Assembly (NCBI GenBank): GCA_963834445.1
Contig: CAWIBU010000009.1
Location: forward strand, 928,243 to 992,242
Length of the DNA: 64,000 nucleotides
Reading direction: 5' to 3'
Origin: an uncultured Acidobacteriaceae bacterium
GTDB lineage: Bacteria; Acidobacteriota; Terriglobia; Terriglobales; Acidobacteriaceae
Shown here piece by piece: positions 1 to 7,466 of the stretch (position 1 is the stretch's first letter; each line of letters opens with the position of its first letter). The notes under the pieces were generated by a model that was not told the DNA's origin, searched no databases, and was given only the letters and a program-made list of their open reading frames with translations. The translations under genes were made by a program, and so were the position numbers.

Positions 1-857
1 CACACCCAGCCAATCAACCACGGCACACCCGTGTAGAGAAACGAGTGCAGCAGATCAATGTGCAGGGCTTGCGAAAGGTAGCTGGGCAGCCAGGTCAGCA
101 GCAAATAGAAAACATAGTTATAGGCGCCGAACCCAACCGTCACGCCAATCACTTTTGGTTGCCGTATCAAAAAGCCAAGCGATGCGGTTTCCGCGGGCAA
201 CCCTGCCGCGGGGGCATTCTTCTCCAGGATGTAGTCGCGTTCCACATCGGTAAGTTTGGGGTCATCCACCGGGTCGCGATAGACCCGGTAAAACAGCAAA
301 AAATACAGCAGGCTGATCAATCCGGTCGCAGCAAAACTCCAGCGCCAGCCGACCCGCAGCAGCAGGATGCCAATCAGTGGCACCCCGATGGCCGACGCAA
401 ATTTGGCGGCGCCGTCGAAAATCGAAGTAGCCGAGCTGCGTTCCTTCGCGGGAAACCAGTAGCCAATCGCCTTTGCATTCGAGGGAAAGGTAGGCGCCTC
501 GCCTACGCCCAGCAGCAGCCGCGCCGCAAAAAAACCGCCCAGCGTGGGAGTCACCGCGGCGGCGAACGAAGCCACGCTCCAGATAAAGCTGCTGATGCGG
601 CCTACCCGGCGCACTCCAAATTTGTCCAGCACCACCCCCAGCGGCAGTTGGCACAGTGCGTAGGTCCAGTTATAAGCAGCGGAGAGGTAGCCAAACGTGA
701 CATTCGAAATAGCAAACGTGGTGATGAGCGCGGCGTGTGCGACCGACAGGTTAACCCGGTCAAAGTAATTGACCAGCACGCCAACGCCCAGCAAAAAGGC
801 GATGCGCCAACGGCGCCTGGGAATACTAGGTTGAAACGAACCGCTCGCACTGGCCAT
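1..857 (-). CDS. MFS transporter (anion:cation symporter-like); 3' end lies outside the window
   Basis: Absent from the ORF track because it runs off the window. My translation from the ATG at 857 gives MASASGSFQPSIPRRRWRIAFLLGVGVLVNYFDRVNLSVAHAALI...LPLGVVLDKFGVRRVG, a typical MFS N-terminus. The listed + ORF 45..869 is its antisense shadow. Confidence 0.75.
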   Translation of the reverse strand, partial: MASASGSFQPSIPRRRWRIAFLLGVGVLVNYFDRVNLSVAHAALITTFAISNVTFGYLSAAYNWTYALCQLPLGVVLDKFGVRRVGRISSFIWSVASFAAAVTPTLGGFFAARLLLGVGEAPTFPSNAKAIGYWFPAKERSSATSIFDGAAKFASAIGVPLIGILLLRVGWRWSFAATGLISLLYFLLFYRVYRDPVDDPKLTDVERDYILEKNAPAAGLPAETASLGFLIRQPKVIGVTVGFGAYNYVFYLLLTWLPSYLSQALHIDLLHSFLYTGVPWLIGWV

Positions 858-884
858 AACCACTGGTAAGACTAACCTATGCGA

Positions 885-1075
885 CCAATTTGTCCTCTCA
901 ACCGGAGCGTAGCGACAAATTTGTCATCTCAACCGGAGCGTACCCGGATTCCTGTTTCGCTACGTCAGACAGATCTACGTGTGCGGTCTTCTTTAAGGAA
1001 GACCGCATGAAGTTTGCCAGCGCCACCACCCTCGACAGGAATTCGGGGGAGCGTAGTGGAGAGATCTGCGGTTTC
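885..1075 (+). repeat. Composite repeat: two partial A modules (AATTTGTC(A/C)TCTCAACCGGAGCGTA), the B insert, then the A tail (GGAGCGTAGTGGAGAGATCTGCGGT)
   Basis: The same modules recur at 6995-7415, 9962-11045, 22978-23141, 31375-31665 and 60697-60866. Confidence 0.85.
943..1047 (+). mobile_element. MITE-like element B, copy 1 (105 bp)
   Basis: Terminal inverted repeats CCCGGATTCCTGT (943-955) and ACAGGAATTCGGG (1035-1047). A perfect 8-bp direct repeat GGAGCGTA flanks it at 935-942 and 1048-1055. Confidence 0.65.
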
Positions 1076-1086
1076 CGGCGGCCAAG

Positions 1087-3474
1087 CTAAGCACTCCCCA
1101 CCGGCTTCTTGGCCTTGCGTTTAGTCTTACCCGCCGGCGCAGCCACGCTTTTCCCGTTCTCCAGCACGCTGCGCATCCAGTAGTCGCCCTCAGCGTCCAC
1201 CTCAACCCCATGCACTTCCCGCTCAAAGCCAGGAAACTGCTTGCCGAACTTTTCCAGCGCCAGCAGAAGACTAATGGTCGGGCTGTCCTTTTCCCCCAAT
1301 CGTTCCCCGGGCATCCGCACCGGGATCCCCGGAGGGTAGGGAACCAGCATCACCCCAGCCACCCGCCGCGCCATCTCTGAGATTCGTACCTTCTCCGTGC
1401 CATTACGAATCAACTTCTGATACGTTTCCGCCGGCGTCCACACCGGCTCCGGGTCTACATCGCACGCCTGATGCAGCAGGTTGGTCAAATTCAATTCCCG
1501 CATGGCCGCGTGCATCTCGTCGCTCAGTTCCTTCAACGTCATGTCGCGGTAACGGTGCGGATGCTCGGCCACCAGATCCGGCAATGCTTCATACAACGTG
1601 CCCTCGTTGTCGTAAAGCCGCTTGAACTCAAACAGCGTTTCCAACAAGCTGCCCCATTTCCCTTTGCTGGTCCCAACAGAAAACAGGATCAGCGCCGTGT
1701 AGTCCCCGGTGCGGGCAATCTCCACCAGCCGCGCATCCAGAAACTCGGTGAGGATCGCCGCCGGTATACCCCAATCCGCCAGCTTCCCGTGCGAATCAAT
1801 CCCCGGCATGAGAATCGTAACCTTGGTCGGATCGAGCATGCAGTGGCCATCCGCGATATCGTCGCTTTCAAAGCCATGCCAGTCTTCTCCCCCCATCAGA
1901 GTCCAGCACGCGGATGACTGAATCAGCAGCGAATCGGGCGTCTCCTCAAACAGAGCCGTCTCCCCGCTCATCGGATCAGTGACTGTATCCGGCTGGTAAA
2001 TCCGAAAAAACCATTCATCCCCATTAGCCGAGCGCAGCCGGTGGGCAATCGAAGACATGGCCTTGCGGAAGCTGATGGCGTCCTGAATCGTCTCGTACAT
2101 CAGCGTAGGACCAGCCGGCTCATCCATCATCGACGTGGCCACATCGAGCGACGCAATCATGGGATAGAACGGCGAGGTAGTGCCATGCATCATGAACGCT
2201 TCATTGAACTGGTCAAAGTCCAGCGGCGCCCGGTCGCTCAGCTTCACGTGAATCATCGACGCCATCGAGAAGGCCGCCAGCATCTTGTGCGTGGACTGCA
2301 CAGCGAAGATCAAGGGCCGATTCGGCATGTCTTCCGGAACATCCATGGCGAAACGTCCGCGATAGATCGAGTGGAACTTCGCGTACGCATACCAGGCTTC
2401 ATCGAAGTGGATGCGCGGCACCGAGCGCGCCAACTCGGTGGTCACGCGCTGCACGTCATAACAGAAACCGTCGTAGGTGGAATTGGTGACCACCGCGTAG
2501 GTAGGTTCAGGGGAAGCGGCCCCCGCGCTGAACGGGCTGTCTTTGATCAGTTGCTGAATATGCTCCGGAGAAAAACGCCGCAACGGCACCAGCCCGATCA
2601 TGCCATAGCCGTTTCGGGTGGGTTTGAAGTAGACGGGCCGGCCTCCCGTGACGGTGAGCGAGTGGCAAATCGATTTATGGCAGTTTGCATCCACCAGCAC
2701 CAGGTCGCCCTGCCCGATCACGCCGTGGCCCACGATCTGGTTCGACGAGGAAGAACCGCTCAGCACATAAAACGTCCAATCCGCGCCAAAAATGCGAGCT
2801 GCGTTGCGCTCTGATTCCGCCGGCGGCCCGATGTGGTCCAGCCACGAGCCGAGCGACGAAGTAGATATCCCCAAATCTGCGCGCAGCAGATTCTCGCCGA
2901 AAAAGCGATGAAACTGCATGCCCACCGGATGCTTGAGGAAGGCCACGCCGCCCATGTGTCCGGGCGCGTCCCAGGAATACGCCCCCTGGTCGGTATATTT
3001 CTTGAGCTCGCGAAAATACGGCGGCAGCAGTTGCTCCTGATAGCGAGCAACCGCAAAATCCACCCGATTGGCAATGAAGGCAGGCGTATCGCCGAACAGG
3101 TGGATATATTCGTGAACCTGTTTCACCACTTCCAGGGGAAGCTCGCTGACCAGCGTCCGATCGGCGATCAAAAAGATGGGGACTTTCTTATTGCGGCGGC
3201 GCACGGCCCGAATAATCTTCAGCGCCGCGCGTTCATCGAACTGATGTTCTTCCTCGAGATCCCAATCGAGCAGAATGGCGCTGTGCGACGGATCCGATTT
3301 CACCAGTGACAGTCCATCCTCCGGTGTCGACGTGCGCACCACCTCGTAGCCTTCTTCTCCGATCGCATTGCACAAACGTTCCATGGCCCGATCTGACACT
3401 GAGTTTGTCCCACCCAGTTCGCTCGCAATCAACAGTACCCAACGCCCATCACTCATATCTGGAGTCTCAACCAA
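1087..3474 (-). CDS. Orn/Lys/Arg decarboxylase, large fold-I PLP enzyme with an N-terminal wing domain
   Basis: 795 aa. The PLP-lysine motif AVQSTHKMLAAFSMASMIHV is present, and length and domain order match the LdcC/CadA/AdiA/SpeF family. Substrate cannot be assigned. Confidence 0.9.
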   Translation of the reverse strand: MVETPDMSDGRWVLLIASELGGTNSVSDRAMERLCNAIGEEGYEVVRTSTPEDGLSLVKSDPSHSAILLDWDLEEEHQFDERAALKIIRAVRRRNKKVPIFLIADRTLVSELPLEVVKQVHEYIHLFGDTPAFIANRVDFAVARYQEQLLPPYFRELKKYTDQGAYSWDAPGHMGGVAFLKHPVGMQFHRFFGENLLRADLGISTSSLGSWLDHIGPPAESERNAARIFGADWTFYVLSGSSSSNQIVGHGVIGQGDLVLVDANCHKSICHSLTVTGGRPVYFKPTRNGYGMIGLVPLRRFSPEHIQQLIKDSPFSAGAASPEPTYAVVTNSTYDGFCYDVQRVTTELARSVPRIHFDEAWYAYAKFHSIYRGRFAMDVPEDMPNRPLIFAVQSTHKMLAAFSMASMIHVKLSDRAPLDFDQFNEAFMMHGTTSPFYPMIASLDVATSMMDEPAGPTLMYETIQDAISFRKAMSSIAHRLRSANGDEWFFRIYQPDTVTDPMSGETALFEETPDSLLIQSSACWTLMGGEDWHGFESDDIADGHCMLDPTKVTILMPGIDSHGKLADWGIPAAILTEFLDARLVEIARTGDYTALILFSVGTSKGKWGSLLETLFEFKRLYDNEGTLYEALPDLVAEHPHRYRDMTLKELSDEMHAAMRELNLTNLLHQACDVDPEPVWTPAETYQKLIRNGTEKVRISEMARRVAGVMLVPYPPGIPVRMPGERLGEKDSPTISLLLALEKFGKQFPGFEREVHGVEVDAEGDYWMRSVLENGKSVAAPAGKTKRKAKKPVGSA

Positions 3475-3512
3475 TCTTGTTACGGAAATGTTTCAATCGA
3501 ATGCTGGTGATC

Positions 3513-3646
3513 CCACCAAGCTCCGGGTGCCCCATCCTTTGCGTTCTGTGCCAAGGGTGGGATCAACAAACGGTCAGTACGACATTCCGCGGATCCCACC
3601 CACCCTTCACAGAAAACGTGAAGGATGGGGCGCCCGGAGCTTGGTA
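3513..3646. repeat. Palindromic REP-like element of the GTGCCCCAT...GTGGGAT family
   Basis: Arm ACCAAGCTCCGGGTGCCCCATCCTT (3515-3539) is the reverse complement of AAGGATGGGGCGCCCGGAGCTTGGT (3621-3645) with one mismatch. The right arm contains the hairpin CCTTCAC-AGAAAAC-GTGAAGG (3604-3624). Confidence 0.8.
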
Positions 3647-3688
3647 GCGCTACCGCAGGTACCAGCGCTCAGGATTCGGTCTCAGTTC

Positions 3689-5758
3689 TTAACGCGAAGC
3701 AAGCGAAGAGCCGGTCGTGGCCTGCACCAGCTTCTCCACCGCCGGCGCAATCATGTTCAGCAACACCGCCTGCGGTTTTTCCGCAGTCTTGAGAAAAGCA
3801 AGCTCCCGCATCCGCCAATCAGCCGGAGCGCTCTTATGTTCGCGCAGGTACCCAATCGCATCCAGGCCAGTCTGCGAAACCTGGTGCAGGCTGGTCGACA
3901 CCGGCGCCAGTTCCCGGGTCAATTCAGACCGGGGCAATATGGGCTGCAGCTGCGCATCGTTGTCCCGCCACAGCACCAGCCACTCCTGGGCCTGCTCCCA
4001 ATCCTCCTGCTCTGCCCGTCCGGCCACAATGCGGTTGACCATCTCCATAAATTGCCGCGCAGTTTCGCTTTCCGGCGGTACCGCGTCGATCAAACGGTTT
4101 AACGGGCTGAAGGCATCGTAGCTGCGCAGCTCTTCACGGGCATAGAGACGAGGCGGCTGCATGACATCGCCAAACACCCGCAGGGGCAATGGGTCAGGCT
4201 CGCCCGTCATGCGGCTCAACATCGCTGGATAGCTCGCGTTGTGCTGCAGCCCGTAGCTATTCAGCGTTTGGGAAACGATCGCCATCCGGGAATACATCGA
4301 AGCCACATCCCGTGTCGAACGTGGTGACCAGAGACGTTCCGCGATGGCCGCGGTGCGCGGCCAGATGCGGCTATCGACATTCTCCGGCGTCACAAACTCC
4401 GACCACATCGTGGCTTCCCCACCGAGAATGCTTTTGCGTTGTTCGGCGGTGAGGGTGCTGGGTCCCTCGCCCTCAGGATCAGCCAGGTAATGCTCTGACG
4501 CAGCCTGGTTCAGATCGATGTAGTAACCCGCCGACAACAGGGCGCGATTGCCGCCGCGCACTGCCTGGCCAACAAATTCCGCACCGCGCCACGACTGAAT
4601 GACCACGTCTTTCGGGGTGTCCGGCTGCAGAACCTCATCCCAACCCACCATGATCTTCTTGTGGGCGGCCACGATCTTCTGCACTTTGCCGCTGAAATAG
4701 GCCTGCAGCGCAGCGTCATCTTTGAGCCCATGAGCCTTCATGAATTGCTGGATGCGTGGGTTCGCGTCCCACTCCTTGCCATTGCACTCATCGCCGCCGA
4801 CGTGGAAATAGGCGTCTGGAAACAAGGCGGTCATCTCGCCGATCAGTACGTCGAGGAATTTGTAGGTGCTGTCGCGGGTGGGGTCCATGGCCGGGTCGAA
4901 GATGCCCCACTTGCGTTCGATCTGGTAGGGACCAGGGCCGCTGGCCAGATCCGGGTAGCCCACGAACCAGGCGGTGGTGTGTCCCGGCATGTCGAATTCC
5001 GGCACCACCCGGATGCCCCTGTCGCGCGCGTACTCGATCACCGCGCGCACCTCATCCTGGGTATAGAAAAGCCCGTCTGACCCCTTCTCCTGCAGCAAGG
5101 GAAACTTCTTGCTTTCCACCCGGAAGCCCTGATTGTCTGAGAGGTGCCAATGAAACACGTTCAGCTTCACCGCTTCCATACCGTCGAGCGTGCGATACAC
5201 CACATCGAGGGGCATAAAGTGCCGGCTTACATCCAGCATCAGCCCGCGCCAGGGAAACCGCGGTTGGTCATCGATCGTCACCGCCGGTACGGCAAAGCCA
5301 CTGGGGGTGATGCGGACCAGCTGGAGAAACGTCTGCAGACCGTGCATCGCGCCCAGCGGGTTGGCAGCTTCCAAATGGACGCTCTCCGCCGTGACCTGCA
5401 GGTGGTAAGACTCGTCTTCCTCCGCCTGTTGGATCGGCGCGCTCGCCGCCCCGGTCTTGATGAAAAACTGGGGCTTGTTGAGCTGGGCCTCGCGCCACAG
5501 GGGGATGCCGGTCTGGCGCGATAGAATTTGCAGGAAGCGTTGCTTGGCTCGCTCGAGGCGGGGCTCCTGGTAGCCTTCGAGAGCGATGCCGAACCCGTTG
5601 TTGATAAGAAACTCACCTGTGCCAGGTTTTACCTGGGCCGGCAATGGCATCAAGGGTAGCTGGGCCGGAGTCTGTGCCTGGGCGATCAACCCGCTCAACA
5701 AAAGAGTCATGCCAGCAATCCGAATCGAAGTCCGAGACAAAATCCGAAACAAGGGCAA
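3689..5758 (-). CDS. GH20 beta-N-acetylhexosaminidase, secreted
   Basis: Motifs NVFHWHLSDNQGFRVESKKFP and YFHVGGDECNGKEW. The ORF extends to 5866, but that start would overlap the divergent gene. A TTG at 5758 gives a plausible signal peptide (PLFRILSRTSIRIAGMTLLLSGLIAQA|QT). An ATG at 5710 is the alternative. Confidence 0.88.
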   Translation of the reverse strand: MPLFRILSRTSIRIAGMTLLLSGLIAQAQTPAQLPLMPLPAQVKPGTGEFLINNGFGIALEGYQEPRLERAKQRFLQILSRQTGIPLWREAQLNKPQFFIKTGAASAPIQQAEEDESYHLQVTAESVHLEAANPLGAMHGLQTFLQLVRITPSGFAVPAVTIDDQPRFPWRGLMLDVSRHFMPLDVVYRTLDGMEAVKLNVFHWHLSDNQGFRVESKKFPLLQEKGSDGLFYTQDEVRAVIEYARDRGIRVVPEFDMPGHTTAWFVGYPDLASGPGPYQIERKWGIFDPAMDPTRDSTYKFLDVLIGEMTALFPDAYFHVGGDECNGKEWDANPRIQQFMKAHGLKDDAALQAYFSGKVQKIVAAHKKIMVGWDEVLQPDTPKDVVIQSWRGAEFVGQAVRGGNRALLSAGYYIDLNQAASEHYLADPEGEGPSTLTAEQRKSILGGEATMWSEFVTPENVDSRIWPRTAAIAERLWSPRSTRDVASMYSRMAIVSQTLNSYGLQHNASYPAMLSRMTGEPDPLPLRVFGDVMQPPRLYAREELRSYDAFSPLNRLIDAVPPESETARQFMEMVNRIVAGRAEQEDWEQAQEWLVLWRDNDAQLQPILPRSELTRELAPVSTSLHQVSQTGLDAIGYLREHKSAPADWRMRELAFLKTAEKPQAVLLNMIAPAVEKLVQATTGSSLASR

Positions 5759-5850
5759 CCTCAAGCAAAAGCGTGTACTACGCTCAACGATTCTATCTGT
5801 AACGGTCGGCCAACGGTGGTATAGATAACCCAAAGGAAGGTCTGCCCAGG

Positions 5851-6975
5851 ATGACAAGCACCGCACTCTTTGAACACGCCATGTTGCGTGAGATTTATGA
5901 GCAGCCCCGGGCGCTCGCCGACACCATCGAGCACTACGCTCCCAACGGCAAACTGGCGGCCGACGTATTTCAGCCGGTTGCGGATGCGCTCCGCGGCCGG
6001 TCGCGCCTGGTGATCGCCGCCAGTGGCTCCAGCCGCCATGCCGGCCTGGCCGCAGAGATTATGCTGGAGGATCTGGCCGGCCTGGTCGTCGACGTTGAAT
6101 ATGCCAGCGAGTACGTCTACCGCTCGACGCACACCATTCAGGATCCGGGGGTCCTGGTCATCTCGCAATCCGGCGAAACCGCGGATACCCTGGCTGGCCT
6201 GCGCGAGGCAAAATCGCGCGGCTTGCCCACGCTGGCCATCACCAACAATGCCCGTTCCAGCATGGCCGAGGAAGCGGACGCGTTTCTCCCTACTTGCGCC
6301 GGGCTGGAGAAGGCTATTCCTGCGACCAAGAGCTTCACCACGCAACTGGCGGTGCTGTACTCGCTCGCGCTTTATCTGGCGCGCATCCGGGGCAGAATGA
6401 CCACGCCGACGGTCGAAAGCCACACGGACGACTTGCGCCGGCTGCCGGCGCTGCTCGAACCTGTCTTGGAAAACTGGCAACACCAGATCGCTGCCATCGC
6501 TCCCTCGCTCAAGAGCTCGCGCGCCTTTCTCTACCTGGGTCGGGGCGTACATTATGCGATCGCCCGGGAAGGTGCGCTCAAGCTGAAGGAATCGGCTTAC
6601 CTGCAGGCGGAGGGTTATCCTGCCGGCGAGTTGAAGCACGGTCCCAACGCCCTGGTGAGCCCGGATGCGCCGCTGGTCGTGCTGGTGACGCGTGATCCCT
6701 CGGATCCCGACGCCATGCTGCGTTACAGCAAGGTGCTGCAATTGATGAAAGACATGCGCGCCCAGGGCGCGACCATCCTCGCGGTAGCTACAGAAGGCGA
6801 TGAGGAAGCGGCCAAGCTAGCCAACCACTGCATTGCGATCCCGCAAACGGAAGACATGCTGGCCACCATGCTGGAAGTGGTGCCGCTCCAGCTACTGGCC
6901 TACCAACTGGCCATCCAGAACGGAATCGACGTAGACAATCCCCGCAACCTGACCAAAGCCGTCCTCCAGGAGTAA
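5851..6975 (+). CDS. Double-SIS sugar-phosphate isomerase/deaminase (GlmS C-terminal-like, NagB-II/AgaS type) without a glutaminase domain
   Basis: 374 aa. Contains VISQSGETADTL, and the GlmS-like C-terminus NLTKAVLQE. Divergent from the GH20 gene, which fits amino-sugar catabolism. Confidence 0.8.
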   Translation: MTSTALFEHAMLREIYEQPRALADTIEHYAPNGKLAADVFQPVADALRGRSRLVIAASGSSRHAGLAAEIMLEDLAGLVVDVEYASEYVYRSTHTIQDPGVLVISQSGETADTLAGLREAKSRGLPTLAITNNARSSMAEEADAFLPTCAGLEKAIPATKSFTTQLAVLYSLALYLARIRGRMTTPTVESHTDDLRRLPALLEPVLENWQHQIAAIAPSLKSSRAFLYLGRGVHYAIAREGALKLKESAYLQAEGYPAGELKHGPNALVSPDAPLVVLVTRDPSDPDAMLRYSKVLQLMKDMRAQGATILAVATEGDEEAAKLANHCIAIPQTEDMLATMLEVVPLQLLAYQLAIQNGIDVDNPRNLTKAVLQE

Positions 6976-6994
6976 CTAAAAACCGCACCAAATC

Positions 6995-7415
6995 TGTAAG
7001 CCCGTCCCCCCAAACAAATTTGTCATCCCGACCGGAGCGAAGCGTAGTGGAGGGACCTGCTGTGCGCCCATCCCTCAAGCAAATCCTTAAGCCCGTCCCC
7101 CCAAACAAATTTGTCATCCCGACCGTAGCGTACCCGAATTCCTGTTTCGCTACGTCAGACAGGTCCACGTGTGCGGTCTTCGTTAAGGAAGACCGCATGA
7201 ACTTTGCCAGCGCCACCAGCCTCGACAGGAATTCGGGGGTAGCGAAGCGGAGGGATCTGCGGTGCGCCTTTCCCCCAAACCAAGGCCCTCCAAGTGAGCT
7301 CGCAAATCCGGCCCCAGCCATTTTGTTCATTGGGAGCGCAGCCGAGGGATCTGCGGTGCGCCCCTCCCCCAAACCAATGCCCCACGAGTGAACTCGCAAA
7401 TCCCGCCGCTTGTCC
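6995..7415 (+). repeat. Repeat cluster: short A, A carrying the B insert, then a long A tail and variant A' (TTTTGTTCATTGGGAGCGCAGCCGAGGGATCTGCGGTGCGCC)
   Basis: Direct sequence identity to the modules at 885-1075 and 10306-11045. Confidence 0.85.
7133..7237 (+). mobile_element. MITE-like element B, copy 2
   Basis: TIRs CCCGAATTCCTGT (7133-7145) and ACAGGAATTCGGG (7225-7237). The flanks are GTAGCGTA and GGTAGCGA, an imperfect duplication offset by 1 nt. Confidence 0.6.
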
Positions 7416-7452
7416 ATCGGCAGCGGCGTGCAGAGCCCCCCAACCCGGAAGT

Positions 7453-7458
7453 TATAAT
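7453..7458 (+). promoter_or_regulatory. Possible -10 box (TATAAT) 8 nt upstream of the sucA ATG
   Basis: Perfect TATAAT at 7453-7458, ATG at 7467. No convincing -35 element. If used, the transcript would be leaderless or nearly so. Confidence 0.25.
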
Positions 7459-7466
7459 CAACCAGT

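Noticed and set aside
890-1090. Small ORFs beginning MSSRPERS... or containing FVIPT/ERSGG/RDLRCA peptides: 890..1090, 7020..7391, 7294..7869, 10479..11003, 10873..11130, 31575..32078 (5' part) and 60315..60740.
   Set aside because: They are translations of the A/B/D repeat modules and occur in several frames and on both strands. Their similarity is at the DNA level, including non-coding-style hairpins. They are not protein genes.
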